From Octopus sinensis (taxonomy: Eukaryota): a stretch of 64,000 nucleotides of DNA. The notes under the pieces are model-generated. The model worked only from the letters and a program-made list of their open reading frames with translations, searched no databases and was not told the DNA's origin. Location: positions 16,864,001 through 16,928,000 of the forward strand of contig NC_043002.1 of NCBI RefSeq assembly GCF_006345805.1, read 5' to 3'. Shown piece after piece: positions 1 through 12,449 of this stretch (its first letter is position 1; each line of letters begins with the position of its first letter). Made by a program: the position numbers and the translations under genes.

Positions 1-188
1 GTAACGTTCGAAGAGGTGTAGAACAATAATATGTAAAATGAGTGTAAGATATCATAAATATATCAACTTTAAAAGCGTCATTCATTTTGTAGTTTGTGTG
101 TTGTGTTAGGACAGTGACTTAACATGAAAATAGATATCACTAACGGAATGTGTTCAGTATTCCATGGCTACAAGTAAAAGTTCCTATA

Positions 189-497
189 GGAGCACTCCGT
201 CGGTTACGAGGGCGTGGGTCCTAGCTGATACGATCAACGGAACAGCTTGCTTGTGAGCATTCCACAGACACGTGTAGCCTTAGCGTAGTTCGCAAGGAGA
301 TTCAGCTTGACACAGAGTGTGACAAGGCTGGCCCTTTTTTGAAATACAGGTACTACTCATTTTTACCAGCTTAGTGGACTGGAAAAACGTGAAATAAAAA
401 ATGTCTTGATCAAGGACATAACGCGTGGCCGGGAATCGAACTCACAACCTTACGATCATGAGCCGAATGCCCTAACCATTAAACCACGCGCCCTAAC
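189..497 (-). mobile_element. tRNA-derived SINE, family C
   Basis: Minus strand begins GGCGCGTGGTTTAATGGTTAGGGCATTCGGCTCATGATCGTAAGGTTGTGAGTTCGATTCCCGG (pol III A and B boxes), then GTCCTTGATCAAGAC and a body ending GTAACCGACGGAGTGC. Possible TSD GTTCCTATA at 180-188 and 498-506. Confidence 0.8.
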
Positions 498-1043
498 GTT
501 CCTATAATGTTCCTATAACGCCCATGAATTCATTGTTAATGTAAGCAAACACATATGCACTTAAACGCACATAAGCACCATATTGCGGTTGGAGGAAATT
601 CAGACAAAATCGCATCTTGCATGAACAGAGATATTCCTGAGGTTATTCCCATGAATTTAACTGAGTGTTATAAAGAACATTTTATTTTATCATGTGAGTA
701 TAGACGTGTCTGTCTTAATAAGTGAAGTATTAGAATTCAACAGAGAAACAAAACGCACTGATATTTTACTAATTGCACATTACGTGGCATGTCTATTTAC
801 AATAAGGGCAGAGAATAACGTGCATCAGTAAACGAACTGAAACTCAAATAAAGGTTGATCAAAGAAACTATGCAATATATACAGAAGGTTCAGACCCCAT
901 CTTTAAAAAAATCTTACAAAAGGCAACTTGTAAATAGCAGGACAACCCTGTAACTCATTTGCAATACATCAACAGTAGGTAATACTAGAGACTGAGGTAC
1001 ATCATCGTATTTGAATAAATGTACGCACAAAATATACCATGAT

Positions 1044-1100
<57 letters not shown>

Positions 1101-1224
1101 ATGAATATATACACACATGAGCATCTCCCGCCATATATATTTTCCCCAACTTTAGACAACACATAAGTCAGTTATTATGCTTCCTTCCCACAAAAAAACA
1201 CAATGTGAGTTCTGTTCAGACTAG

Positions 1225-1390
1225 TAAGAAACGATTATCAACTTTTTCATTAGACTTAACTTTTTAAAATATTTTTGATAAGGTTAAACGAACCGAAACG
1301 TAAAATTTGTAAGAAAATTAAAATTTATCTTATATAGTGGCGTTTTCAAACTTCTTTTTCTATAAATATATATATATATATATATATAAC
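1225..1390 (+). mobile_element. Penelope-like terminal-repeat remnant with a decayed hammerhead motif, ending in (TA)n
   Basis: 1271-1306 reads ATTT-TTGATAA-GGTT-AAACG-AACC-GAAAC-GTA-AAAT: HHR topology with two core transitions. An AT-rich tail and (TA)n follow. Confidence 0.45.
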
Positions 1391-2250
1391 TTAGAATAAC
1401 TTAGAAAGGTTTTGGCCAGTATTGGCCCAGGCCATGTCTAACTTAATAGCACCACCTGGCGAAGTCTTTCATTTCAGGATTTAGGCACTGAGGCCCATTC
1501 GAGCAGAGAGTTATTCTTTGCGGAGACATATCCGGGTGTGGGTGGTTTGTCCGGGACTGTTTGAAGGAATTTGTCCAAAGACTTCTTCAATTTTGTGTGG
1601 TCAGTTTCTGTTTTGACGTGTCCTGCTGTAATGTTGAAGAGACCGGGTCCAATTGAGGTGAAATAGTTGTGCCTTATTGTCGTTATGTGATGCGATTTAG
1701 ATTTTTGCTGTGGACGGATGGCACGTGATCCAAGCCTTGGATGTATTTTGAAGTTGATGCCAACATCATTCGGACAGTGCTGGTGGAATATTTTCCACAT
1801 CATACAGATAATGTAGCGTTCAAGGCGTCGTTGGAGTGAATACAGTTTCAGCTTCTCTAGTCTACCCCAGTAGTCAAGGTCTGACATGCCATCTATTTCT
1901 TTTTGTGATTGACCTTTGGGGAGCTTCAATTCTCATAATATTTTGTTTTGTGTAGGGAGACCACAGTGGACAGCAGTATTCAAGGTGGGGTCGGGCAAAA
2001 GTGGAGAAGAGAAAGATAATAGTGTGGGAATCTCTCGACTGGAAGGTTCTGAGAATCCAGGAACACATTCTGCGGTCCATGTCAACTTTGCTGCTTATAT
2101 GTGTAGCCCAGCTTATGTTGTTGTCCACTGTTACTCCCAAGTCTCTGATGTTGTTGGACGCCACCAGAGTAAGCACATCAACGTGAAACAAGGTGGAAAA
2201 AAAGAGTACTCAAATACCAGAGGTAGAATTCGTCGGACAGTTTTGTTAGA
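1391..2250 (-). mobile_element. 5'-truncated CR1/L2-like LINE, ORF2 C-terminus, frameshifted
   Basis: ORFs 1874-2191 (RDLGVTVDNNISWATHI...RPHLEYCCPLWSPY...IEAPQR) and 1474-1929 (LKLYSLQRRLERY) are the classic post-RT region of CR1/L2-type ORF2. Short TTCTAAGTTA tail repeat near 1391-1410. Confidence 0.88.
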
Positions 2251-2496
2251 ATGAAACAGAAAGGACGATATAATCAAAGAGGAGATAACTACTCCGCAAT
2301 GTTAGCATCTCACAGTACGGGTAGGCAGCACTATGAGATGATCCAGGTGTATACACAACATTCGTGAACAAATGGGTTGTAGTTTCCGTGGCGAAACGCT
2401 GTGAGGAGCTTTTTCTTTAATTCGAACGTGCCTCAGCATATTCGGACAGATAATAACATTGCAATTTTACTTATCACTGCTTAGCACTCTCCGTCT

Positions 2497-2605
<109 letters not shown>

Positions 2606-2622
2606 CATACATGCATACATTC

Positions 2623-2699
<77 letters not shown>

Positions 2700-3682
2700 A
2701 GCTTACATATACGTATATTCATATATATGTGGAATGTGCGTTGGTGTCTGTATGTGTCTATGCAAATACTACATATTTGCCTATATATGCGTACCTATAT
2801 AAATGTACAGTGATATATGTATGTATATATGTTTGTATGTATATATGTATATATGTTTGTATGTATATATGTATATATCTATGTATATATGTATGTATAT
2901 ACATACATATACTCCCTCATATAAAACGCATTTGCAAAATTATCGATATTGGAAATATAAAGTAGAAGCGGTATTTGTTATTGTTATTGCTAATATTTTA
3001 GACATTGCAGTAGTTTTAATTTCAACAGACCAGCTGATGTGTAGTATATGTTCTCGTTCCCCATATCACAAGGGAATTATATATATAAGTTTGAAATATA
3101 TAATCTTACAAAACTGATTAGAATTCAAATGGCGTTTAATATATTTGTATCTCACTTTTTCATCATTCTGTGCATAAGATGTGATATGTTTCATTTCAGC
3201 AGTACCACCTGCGAAAACACCTGATATTTTTATCGTATCGATAAAATGTGTAAAAATAGTATCTCATTCAAAGTGGCTATTGTAGACGATTTTTTATCGT
3301 TCATGAATATTTGGATGGTTTTAATGTATGGGCACTAACCATTTATAAAGGAACATTTGCTAGCTAGTTAGTAGTTAAACATTTTCCAATATCAAACGAT
3401 TAAGATACTGGCAGGAAAATATTATTTAGTATATAATTTAGTATATATTTTCTTCATAATTTCTTGCAGTAGAGCGTAGAAATGGGATATGTGCCAAAAA
3501 CTGTGTCTGCAAAAAATTTACATTTGAATTATTGTGTTAGGTTTTCTTTCTTCACCATATTGTATTACCAATCATACTAAGCACTTTTTTTCTCACGTGT
3601 TTCGGTCTAAATAATATTTTAAACGTTATATATGTTAATGAAACAAACAGAACATCAGAGACTCATGATTCACATATCCTAA

Positions 3683-3845
3683 CCTATTTCTTTAATACCC
3701 ACAATGGGCTAAACACAGAGGGGACAAACAAGGACAGAGAAACGGATTAAGTCGATTATATCGACCCTAGTGCGTAACTGGTACTTAATTTATCGACCCC
3801 GAAAGGATGAAAGGCATGCTAACTATTCTGCTAGCTCGCCGCCTT
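3683..3845 (-). mobile_element. tRNA-derived SINE, family B, internally deleted, 17-bp TSD
   Basis: Matches copies at 16364, 33928 and 57719 but lacks the segment between GAAAGGCA and TGCTAAC. TSD TGATTCACATATCCTAA at 3666-3682 and 3846-3862. Confidence 0.9.
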
Positions 3846-4544
3846 TGATTCACATATCCTAATCATCACCTTAAGTCATTAAGGTTCTTTAAAAAAGGAT
3901 CGTAGATGCCTTCAAATTTTATGTGTCAATGCTAATATTATTAAGATAACATTTATGCAATGCAGGTGAGGAGTTAGTCTAAATATGTAAGATGTTGCTA
4001 ATAAATAAAGCAGGACATTCTTTCACACTATGTATGTCGTCTTCCATTTTATTTTCATAAATAACCTTTTATGGAATATTAGAAACATATCTAAGTGTGT
4101 GGAGAGAAATTGTTATTATCGGCAACACACTCCTCACAAATCATCAGAATCCCCTACTCTTAATAGAAATTTTCCTTGAGGCGCTTCAGTTATTTTTCCT
4201 ATGCATTTCTGAAATATCTAAACGCTGCACCACTCATTGTGAACTTTCTCTCAATCAAATTAGATTTCCTTTATGAAGGCTGGCTCATCCGTGAACGTTT
4301 AGAGTTACTATCCAAAGTTTTCTTCTTGTTTTTGACTCAAGTAAATATTTTTGTTTTTATTAAATACTAGCATTATGAACCGTCATTGCCGGGTCATAGT
4401 GCTACTGCATGTATATATGTGTATATATATGAGTACATATTACATGTACATCTATATATATACATCGACACATAAAATACAAAATACAAAGTTATATCTT
4501 GATATCGCTAGTGATAACAATACTCAAAGTATATAACAGACTGG

Positions 4545-5330
4545 AATTGTAGGCCCGTCTCTTGCAATTTCGATCAATTGTATCTTGTCCTCACTCTTGT
4601 TTAGAAGTGTGGCTACAATCCAGCCTCGCTCTACTTCTGGAGGGAGATTTAATTTTTATCCGGGACGTCCTATGTCCCAGATATAAAGGTAAAAAGAAAA
4701 TATTTCCACTTTGCAAGGCTCGAGTCGAGTACTCCCTTACACGCTCCGTTGACTCGAACCTTGCTACTATTGTGGCGAATTTACCGCTTCTGGTTAGATA
4801 TCTTTCATATTCGCACCAAGACACTTTTCGATGGTGCTTTCCTCCAAGTGTTCAATTTTTTTTCTCTACATTGTATACTTTATAGACAATAGTCTTTTCT
4901 TTAAATTAACTTTTTATATCGTTTGGCGGTGTTATCCTAGATGCACTGCCTTTGTCGGTGATCAGTCCCAAATAGGTTTGTATTTCTTCCATTTCAATTT
5001 TAATGAGTTCGCGACCGCCGACGGCTGCAGCAAATTTCATTTTTGGACTTTCTTCTATCGAAGGCATTCTAACAAAAATGCGTCCGTGTAAACGGTGAAT
5101 ATATTGTCAATTTCCCCAAACAGGGACACAATTCAATTTTTAAACAATAACCAAAGCCCCTTCTCCCAAAGGGGGAGGATTACAGTTTACAATTAATTAA
5201 CAAATGTAACACAACAACGTTTCCCTTACGAGGAACCAACAAACGTGCTAACAATAGTTAAACAGTAATAATAATAATAGTACTCAGTAGAAGCGCTGTT
5301 CGAGAAACCAGACATTACATACAGCCAATC
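4545..5330 (-). mobile_element. Decayed 5' end (UTR plus ORF1) of an L1/Tx1-like LINE
   Basis: From ATG at 5067: MPSIEESPKMKFAAAVGGRELIKIEMEEI..., then with stops and frameshifts ...FATIVARFESTERVREY...GHRTSRIKI/NLPPEVERGWIVATLL, resembling L1/Tx1 ORF1 RRM-like regions. Assignment by resemblance only. Confidence 0.45.
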
Positions 5331-5639
5331 TTTATATAGATACTTAATGCTAGCTAATGTAAAAGCTGTGGTAAAGGGTATTGCACACCTCCATCTGGAC
5401 TATTCCATTTCTGCACGCTAATTTTATTTTTAATTTATTCCCATTCATGTGAAACCACTTATTCAAGTTCAAGCCATTGATGCAATTTTATACTAATTGC
5501 TATTTTTACTTTTGTTATGTTACGATTATATTATACTTTAGTTTGATTTTAATTACTACTTACTACATATATATCAATTGTTATTATTATCTCTAATTTT
5601 TATTGTTAAAGTGAAAGTATCTGACATAAAATAGAGAAA

Positions 5640-5868
5640 TGTTTTGTTTCACTTTTAACATGTAATACTGAAATAATGGAGAAGATATGATATTGCTATG
5701 GGTTCGCCCTAAGCAAGAAGTTGAACATGTTTTGCCCATGAAACTACATGGACCCTAAGTAAGGCATGTGTAAAATTTGAATGAAATTTGTTGTGTAGTT
5801 CTCAAGTTTTAGGGAAACACACAGACAGTCAGGCAGACACACATTCTCAGTTTTATATATAGAGAGAT
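5640..5868 (+). mobile_element. Helitron/Helentron-associated non-autonomous element, 3' part
   Basis: ...TGTAAAATTTGAATGAAATTTGTTGTGTAGTTCTCAAGTTTTAGGGAAACACACAGACAGTCAGGCAGACAC...TTTTATATATAGAGA matches the typical HINE/Lep1-like ending (ACAG-type repeat, then TTTTATATATAGA). Confidence 0.45.
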
Positions 5869-5877
5869 TTTAGATAA

Positions 5878-6035
5878 AAGCGTCGAGCGTGTCGAAATTT
5901 TAGCATGCCTGAAGAATGCTTTGCGTCATTTTGTTCTTCTTTGCACTCTGAGTTCAAATTTCGCCGAGTTCGACGCTACCATTCGTCATTTGAGATGGTC
6001 AAGCACTGAGGCCGATGTAATCCACATCACCCTCT
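5878..6035 (+). mobile_element. Old, diverged SINE family B fragment
   Basis: CTCTGAGTTCAAATTTCGCCGAGTTCGAC (B box and following motif) aligns to the family B head. Confidence 0.6.
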
Positions 6036-6534
6036 GTACAAAATCTGGTGGAGCTGTGCACATATTTCAATCCATTAAATATTTCAAATTAACAAACGAT
6101 ACAAAATTCCATGCCTCGGTGATCCATTAATCGCAATATTGAAGCATCGAAATCTCATTCGGTATTTTGGTGTCGCAAATGAAAGTATTGAGTAGATGCA
6201 AAACGCATAGGCTTATACATTCATTTTCTAACATCATTTATATTTTAATTTACATGACTATTTTTTTTTGTAGCCGTTTCTCCTGTTGTAATTTTTATTT
6301 CAATTTTTATATTGAATAGCAGCCAAGAAATAAGACTTCACACTATGAAACAATATCTTTTGCCTGAACGCAAACACGCTAATCTAAATACTAAACACAA
6401 TAAGAATCCTATATATGAGTGAGTGTTTGTTTATTCTTATCTATATCTGTTTCTCTCCCACTCGCTCATTCTCTCACTAGCTCTTTCTACGTCTCTCTTT
6501 CTCCGCCCGCCCCCTCTCTTTCTCTCTCTCTCTG

Positions 6535-6565
<31 letters not shown>

Positions 6566-6575
6566 TTATATATAT

Positions 6576-6776
6576 TACTCTTTTACTTGTTTCAGACATT
6601 TGACTGTGGTCATGCTGGAGTACCACCTCTTAGTTGAGCAAATCGACGCCAGGACTTTATCTTCGTAAGCCTATTACTTATTCTATCGGTCTCTTTTGCA
6701 GAACCGCTAAGTTACGGGGACATAAACACACCAGCATCTGTTGTCAAGCAATGTTTGGGGGTGACAAGCACACACA

Positions 6777-6863
<87 letters not shown>

Positions 6864-6984
6864 GACGTGCTTCTTTTAGTTTCTGTCTACCAAATCAACT
6901 CACAACGGCTCGAGGCTATAGTAGCAAACACTTGCCCAAGGTGCCATGCAGTGGAACTGAACCAGAACCATGTAGTTGGTAGGA
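6576..6984 (-). mobile_element. tRNA-derived SINE, family A, with internal (TA)n/(TG)n
   Basis: Reverse complement of copies at 32481 and 45240: CACCTTGGGCAAGTGT, GAAAAGAAGCACGTCG, microsatellite, GCGGTTCTGCAAAAGAGACCGATAG, tail GTAAAAGAG. Confidence 0.9.
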
Positions 6985-7004
6985 AATGTCTTGGGCAAGT
7001 CATT

Positions 7005-7860
7005 GTTGCAAGTCATTGAAGCCGATCCAAACCAAACTGTACGTCAACTTGCGGTAGAGTTTGGCGTCTCCCCTGCCACGATCATCAACCACCTGCATTA
7101 TCTCGCTGAGGTCAGCAAGCTTGAAAAATGGGTGCCACATGAACTGACTGAAGCGAACGAACCAGCTCGGGTTACTGCATTTCAAAGTCTGCTCTGGCGA
7201 AGCCTTAGATTCAATTGGTTGGAGTCAGTAATCCCTATGGATGAAAAGTCGGTACTGTACTCCAACGTGACGTGCAGAAGATCAACGGTCAAAACCCTCA
7301 CCAAAAGAACGCTCGTGCAAAAGAAGATTGGGATTTCAGTTTGGTAGGATTGCCATGGTGTGATCATATTGGGTCTTCTCTCACGCAATACCACCATTGA
7401 CAAGTATGAGTACTGCGGACAAATCGACCATCTAATGATCGTACTGACAGAAAAACGCTCGAATTTGAAGAAGATGATATAACATCAAGACAACACACAA
7501 ACACATCGTGCAAAGAAGACGTCAGAGAAGCTGAAGGCTGGGTGATTATGCTGCACCCACTGTATTCTCCAGACCTTGTACTTTCTGACTACCACATACT
7601 CACTGCCTTGCAACGTGCAATTGGTGATACAGAGTTCGAAAACGAAGAAGATGTGAAATCGTTTCTTTAGGATTTTACTGATTCAAAGTCACGCGAGTTC
7701 TGGATGAAAGGATTCAAATCTTTGGCTGAAACTTGGGAAAAGGCGATCGATAACGAGGGTTCTTACCTTTTGAATTGATTGTCCTTTGTTTTTGTTTATT
7801 TAATTGTTAAAAAAGTGATATGTTAAAAGTGTCCAAGAACTATCTTACCAAACTCATATA
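7005..7860 (+). mobile_element. Decayed mariner (DD34D) transposon, 5'-truncated
   Basis: Translation gives IEADPNQTVRQLA, KLEKWVPHELTE, MDEKSVLY, HQDN, YSPDLVLSDYH and KGFKSLAETWEKAIDNEGSY, with stops and frameshifts. TIR-like end near 7838-7860. Confidence 0.92.
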
Positions 7861-7974
7861 GTGGAAAACTTCCAAAAAGCTAAGGAAGACATTTTATATC
7901 TCGTGCCCTATACACAAAGGTGTGAGCAAGACAGAGGCTGAAACCTACAGGTCTGTATGATTTTCCGTGAAGTA

Positions 7975-8560
7975 AATGACTTACTGAATGATACAGAATA
8001 TGGCTTCCGTGCCGAAAGAAGCTACGTCACACACATCTTACAAAAGTGCGACTGGAATTTAAAACAGCTGCGTGACTATTAAGATATTAGTGTGATATAT
8101 CATATAATCGCTAAGGCCTTAGATAAGATAGATCATGTCATGATATGCCACAAACTGATAGACAGAAGTCAGATATTTGCAGCTAATGTTACTTTCACTG
8201 AGGAAGCAGAAATTCTGTGTGGAATCACAAAGGAAATGTCTTGGGGAAATTACGGCTTATAATGGCTCTCTTAGACATGACCATGTTCACTCAAACAGCC
8301 ATTCTATTATGCCAATGTTACCATCAACTCCATCTAAAATCAGACCCAGGTACTGCTATAGTTTAGGGCTCAAAGGCTTAGAGCTACTCAATAGCTTGCC
8401 ATAAAAAATAGTCCATACACTATCTAAGCGCGGATGCCTTCAAAAATGAACTGGACACTCTCTTCTCAACAATATAAACTCAACGAACGACCCGGAATGA
8501 GGTACACATGAGGGAATTAATATGAAACTCCGTCATGCGCAAAATGGGCCAACAACCACG
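7975..8560 (+). mobile_element. Highly decayed CR1/L2-like RT fragment with an internal deletion
   Basis: Motifs YGFRAERS, VIYHIIAKALDKIDH (cf. VIYLDFAKAFDKVDH), then C-terminal SLGLKGLELLNSLP and DAFKNELDTLF. Confidence 0.7.
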
Positions 8561-8680
8561 GGAAAAGCACATATTGGAGTGGCGATATAGAAAGATTATA
8601 TGTTAAAGCGCAAAATCATGGTGTTCCTCCAACATGACCGCAGACACATGCCTGAAACGAATAATATATATATATATATA

Positions 8681-8818
8681 AAAATATTATTCGAGACAAA
8701 ACCACTATTTTGCAAAACAAACAAGGAAAGACTTTTGACTATTTATTAAAATTTTATGTATTATAAGTCTTTCCTTGTTTGTTTTGCAAAATAGTGGTTT
8801 TGTCTCGAATAATATTTT
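8681..8818. repeat. Perfect 54-bp inverted repeat with a 30-bp spacer
   Basis: 8681-8734 (AAAATATTATTCGAGAC...GAAAGACTT) is the exact reverse complement of 8765-8818. Flanked by (TA)n on the left; the right arm runs on about 80 bp to another (TA)n. Confidence 0.95.
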
Positions 8819-8900
8819 ATAATATTTTACTATAAAATCGATTTAATCCTAATCTGATTTTTTCCCTGTAAATTTGGATTTATTCCCTAATATTTATTAT

Positions 8901-8989
<89 letters not shown>

Positions 8990-9119
8990 ACATTTAAACC
9001 AGAAGAGATGATAATATATAATCTATTAACTAGTTTTTTCTTCTTCATGCTAGACCACTGGTAGCAAACATTTCTAAAAAAATTTGCTACCCTGAAATGT
9101 ACTAATGCATACGTATATA

Positions 9120-9156
<37 letters not shown>

Positions 9157-9206
9157 ATCAAAAAAAGGGGTAGAATTAATTAATTGTTAATAAATTCGAC
9201 CAAGCA

Positions 9207-9722
9207 GTATTCGGTATGTAAAGACCATTTACGGTATATTTGAAGTATTAATTTATAAAAATATGGTAAAGTAAAAAAATTCACTTTACCACACACCGAA
9301 CGTTTTCAGAAATAGCAGCCAAAATTTGGCTATTTCTTCAACTGCAATAAAAGTCTCCAGACAATGCATACTCAGAAAATAACTCACATAGGTATAAGGG
9401 AAAACAATGAAAGATCACATCCATATACGATACCCGAGACAGTTTGTTTCTGGATTTGTGGGTAAAACGCCACTTTCCTTCATCAGCTCAAGATTTCTTC
9501 TGATTTGATTTGAAAATACTAAGAATCTAACATAACCCTTCCGATATCTGTAACATCGGTATTCGGTATGTAAAGACCATTTACGGTATATTTGAAGTAC
9601 TGGGTGTCTGGCATTGTCTGGAGACTTTTATTTGCAGTTGAAGAAATAGCCAAACTTTTGGCTGCTATTTCTGAAAAGTTCGGTGTGTGGTAAAGTGAAT
9701 TTTTTTACTTTACCATATTTTT

Positions 9723-9729
<7 letters not shown>
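9207..9729. mobile_element. Head-to-head PLE-like terminal repeats with a decayed minus-strand HHR
   Basis: 41-bp direct repeat at 9207-9247 and 9559-9599; about 118-bp inverted repeat at 9250-9367 and 9611-9729. Minus strand 9433-9492 reads CTTGAG-CTGATGA-A-GGA..GTGG/CCAC..TCC-A-GAAAC-AAACT-GT-CTCGGG. Confidence 0.65.
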
Positions 9730-9768
<39 letters not shown>

Positions 9769-9796
9769 ATATGTGTATATATATACATATATATAT

Positions 9797-9904
<108 letters not shown>

Positions 9905-10365
9905 GCACACAACATAGAAAGAGAGCAAAACAGTCATCACTTCCAGAAATGCATATATGAGATGGATGCGAGTCTGCTGTGACGGTATGTAAGTTAGAGC
10001 GTATATATTTCTTTAAATGAATATTAATCCGATGTGAATGTATGTGCGTGATTATGTGAAATATTTTGGAGAGATATATTGGAAGTGCTTAGGATAACAC
10101 AACCGACAATTGAAGCGAAAACCCGCTGATTATCACACACACACACACACATACACATAACCATACCCTCCCGCACACATATAAGTGTATACCTTTAAAC
10201 TTATGCGTATATTTATGAGCATATACACATACATATAAACATATACATATACATATATATACACACATGCATACATAAATATATAAGCACATTCACACAC
10301 ATCCATGCATAAACACATAGACATACATTTCTGTATTTTATCTAGATCTCTCTCACCTCTCTCTG

Positions 10366-10422
<57 letters not shown>

Positions 10423-10452
10423 CATGCATACATACATATATATACATATATA

Positions 10453-10514
<62 letters not shown>

Positions 10515-10893
10515 GTAAACTTCCATAATGCTACATACATATATACATGCATACAAACACACCGAACTATGAAACTATAAAATATAATTTGGCCTAGCAT
10601 TGCAGAGAAATCACTCAAACTGCTTAATTTTCTATCATAAGGGAATGCAACAGAAGTCTTTCGTGTATACGAGTAGACTGAGAGATCAAACCAGTTCAGC
10701 CCAATATAAAAAGAAGTTCGAGATACTTTTCCTTTCTAACGATTCTTCCGCTTGAGAAATTTCTGTAGCAGAAGAATTTTATCTCATCAGGAGTTGCAAA
10801 AGGACAGGATCCCTTTGTGTACCGTAAAACGATTCATTTTAAATTCAACCAGGATGAAACTCTTCCAAGTACACAGACACACACATATATACA

Positions 10894-10947
<54 letters not shown>

Positions 10948-11129
10948 TATATGGGTGTACATATACACTTAAGTATACATATATGTATATATGTATATAT
11001 ATTTGTATATTTATATATATATGTATATATATATATATGTATATAAATATATATATGTATATATATATACACATATGTAGTTATCCATATATATACATAT
11101 ATATATACAAACAGACATAAACGTATATG

Positions 11130-11186
<57 letters not shown>

Positions 11187-11801
11187 TATGTGTGTGTGTA
11201 TATGTGTGTGCGTGTGTGTTCGTGCGCATTCACATGTCCTCGCAGTGTGTGTATGTGTGCGTGTGGCGTGATATTTCGATACTTATTTGCGTGTGAAGAT
11301 ATACGTCTTCACCATGCAGATATAACGATTTTTCGGCTTCTTTCATTTTTCTCAATTTAATACTCCTTTTCATAAAATAATGGTAAAAGATTCTATAGTA
11401 GAACTGTAGCAAAAGAAGTGAACATATTGAGATAATATGCATTTCCCAAGGGATATAGTCTGACTCTATTTTTACACAGACGGTCTTAGCAATCTTCTCT
11501 GTTGCTCTAACTTCATGTTATTTAATCAATTCATGAACTTTTGCTAAATTTGTGTTCATTTTGCATATATTTTCTATCGGTATATTAGACATTTCTTCGT
11601 GCGCATAAGTATGCGTATTTGCGTACGTGTATATATATACATATATATGTCTGTGTATGTGTATCTATGTATATACTTATATATGTATATACATATATAT
11701 AAGTATGTATATATATACGGATGTATATATGTATATATATGTATATACTTATATATGTTTATACATATATATAAGTATGTATGTATATATATGCGGATGT
11801 A

Positions 11802-11842
<41 letters not shown>

Positions 11843-12151
11843 TATATATATTATATATATATATATATATACATATATATATAATTATATATATATATAT
11901 ATTATATATATATATTATATATATATATATTTAATCAATATAGGGTGGCAAAAAATTTTGTAGAATTTTTTTGCCACCAGCGGCCTAGTGGGAAAAAATT
12001 AAATAGTCATAGACCATTTTTAAGTTCAACATCACAATCAAGGAACGGCCATAATAGGCCATTCACCCACTAGAAATAACAGCCAAAGCTTCAACCGCAA
12101 AATAACATTAATTCGTAAACCAGGAGAAAATTAAAAAACATTTACCCTGTA

Positions 12152-12258
12152 ATTTCTTATACGATGCACCGTTTCATCTACTGTTTAATGGTAAACTAAC
12201 CTGATTAAATTAAATCAAGCCAATCTTCCATATGCCCTTAGATTCGTCAGTAAGAAAT
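12152..12258 (-). ncRNA. Type I hammerhead ribozyme (inverted copy)
   Basis: Reverse complement of the HHR at 12343-12449 with all core bases intact. Confidence 0.8.
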
Positions 12259-12342
12259 AGCCAGATCGGAACAGATATTTTCACGAGGCATTTCTGTCCC
12301 TGCCTCGGCAATATCTGACCTAAAATTTTCAAAGATCTGGCT

Positions 12343-12449
12343 ATTTCTTACTGACGAATCTAAGGGCCTATGGAAGATTGGCTTGATTTAATTTAATCAG
12401 GTTAGTTTACCATTAAACAGTAGATGAAACGGTGCATCGTATAAGAAAT
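12343..12449 (+). ncRNA. Type I hammerhead ribozyme, unit 1
   Basis: Stem I ATTTCTTA (12343-50) / TAAGAAAT (12442-49); CTGACGA (12351-57); stem II ATCTA/TAGAT enclosing 58 nt; GAAAC (12426-30); stem III ACGGTGCATCGT; GUA triplet with predicted cut after 12441. Confidence 0.82.

Noticed and set aside
10740-10800. Minus-strand CTGATGA as a hammerhead
   Set aside because: No correctly placed GAAAC, and no closing stem I or stem II.
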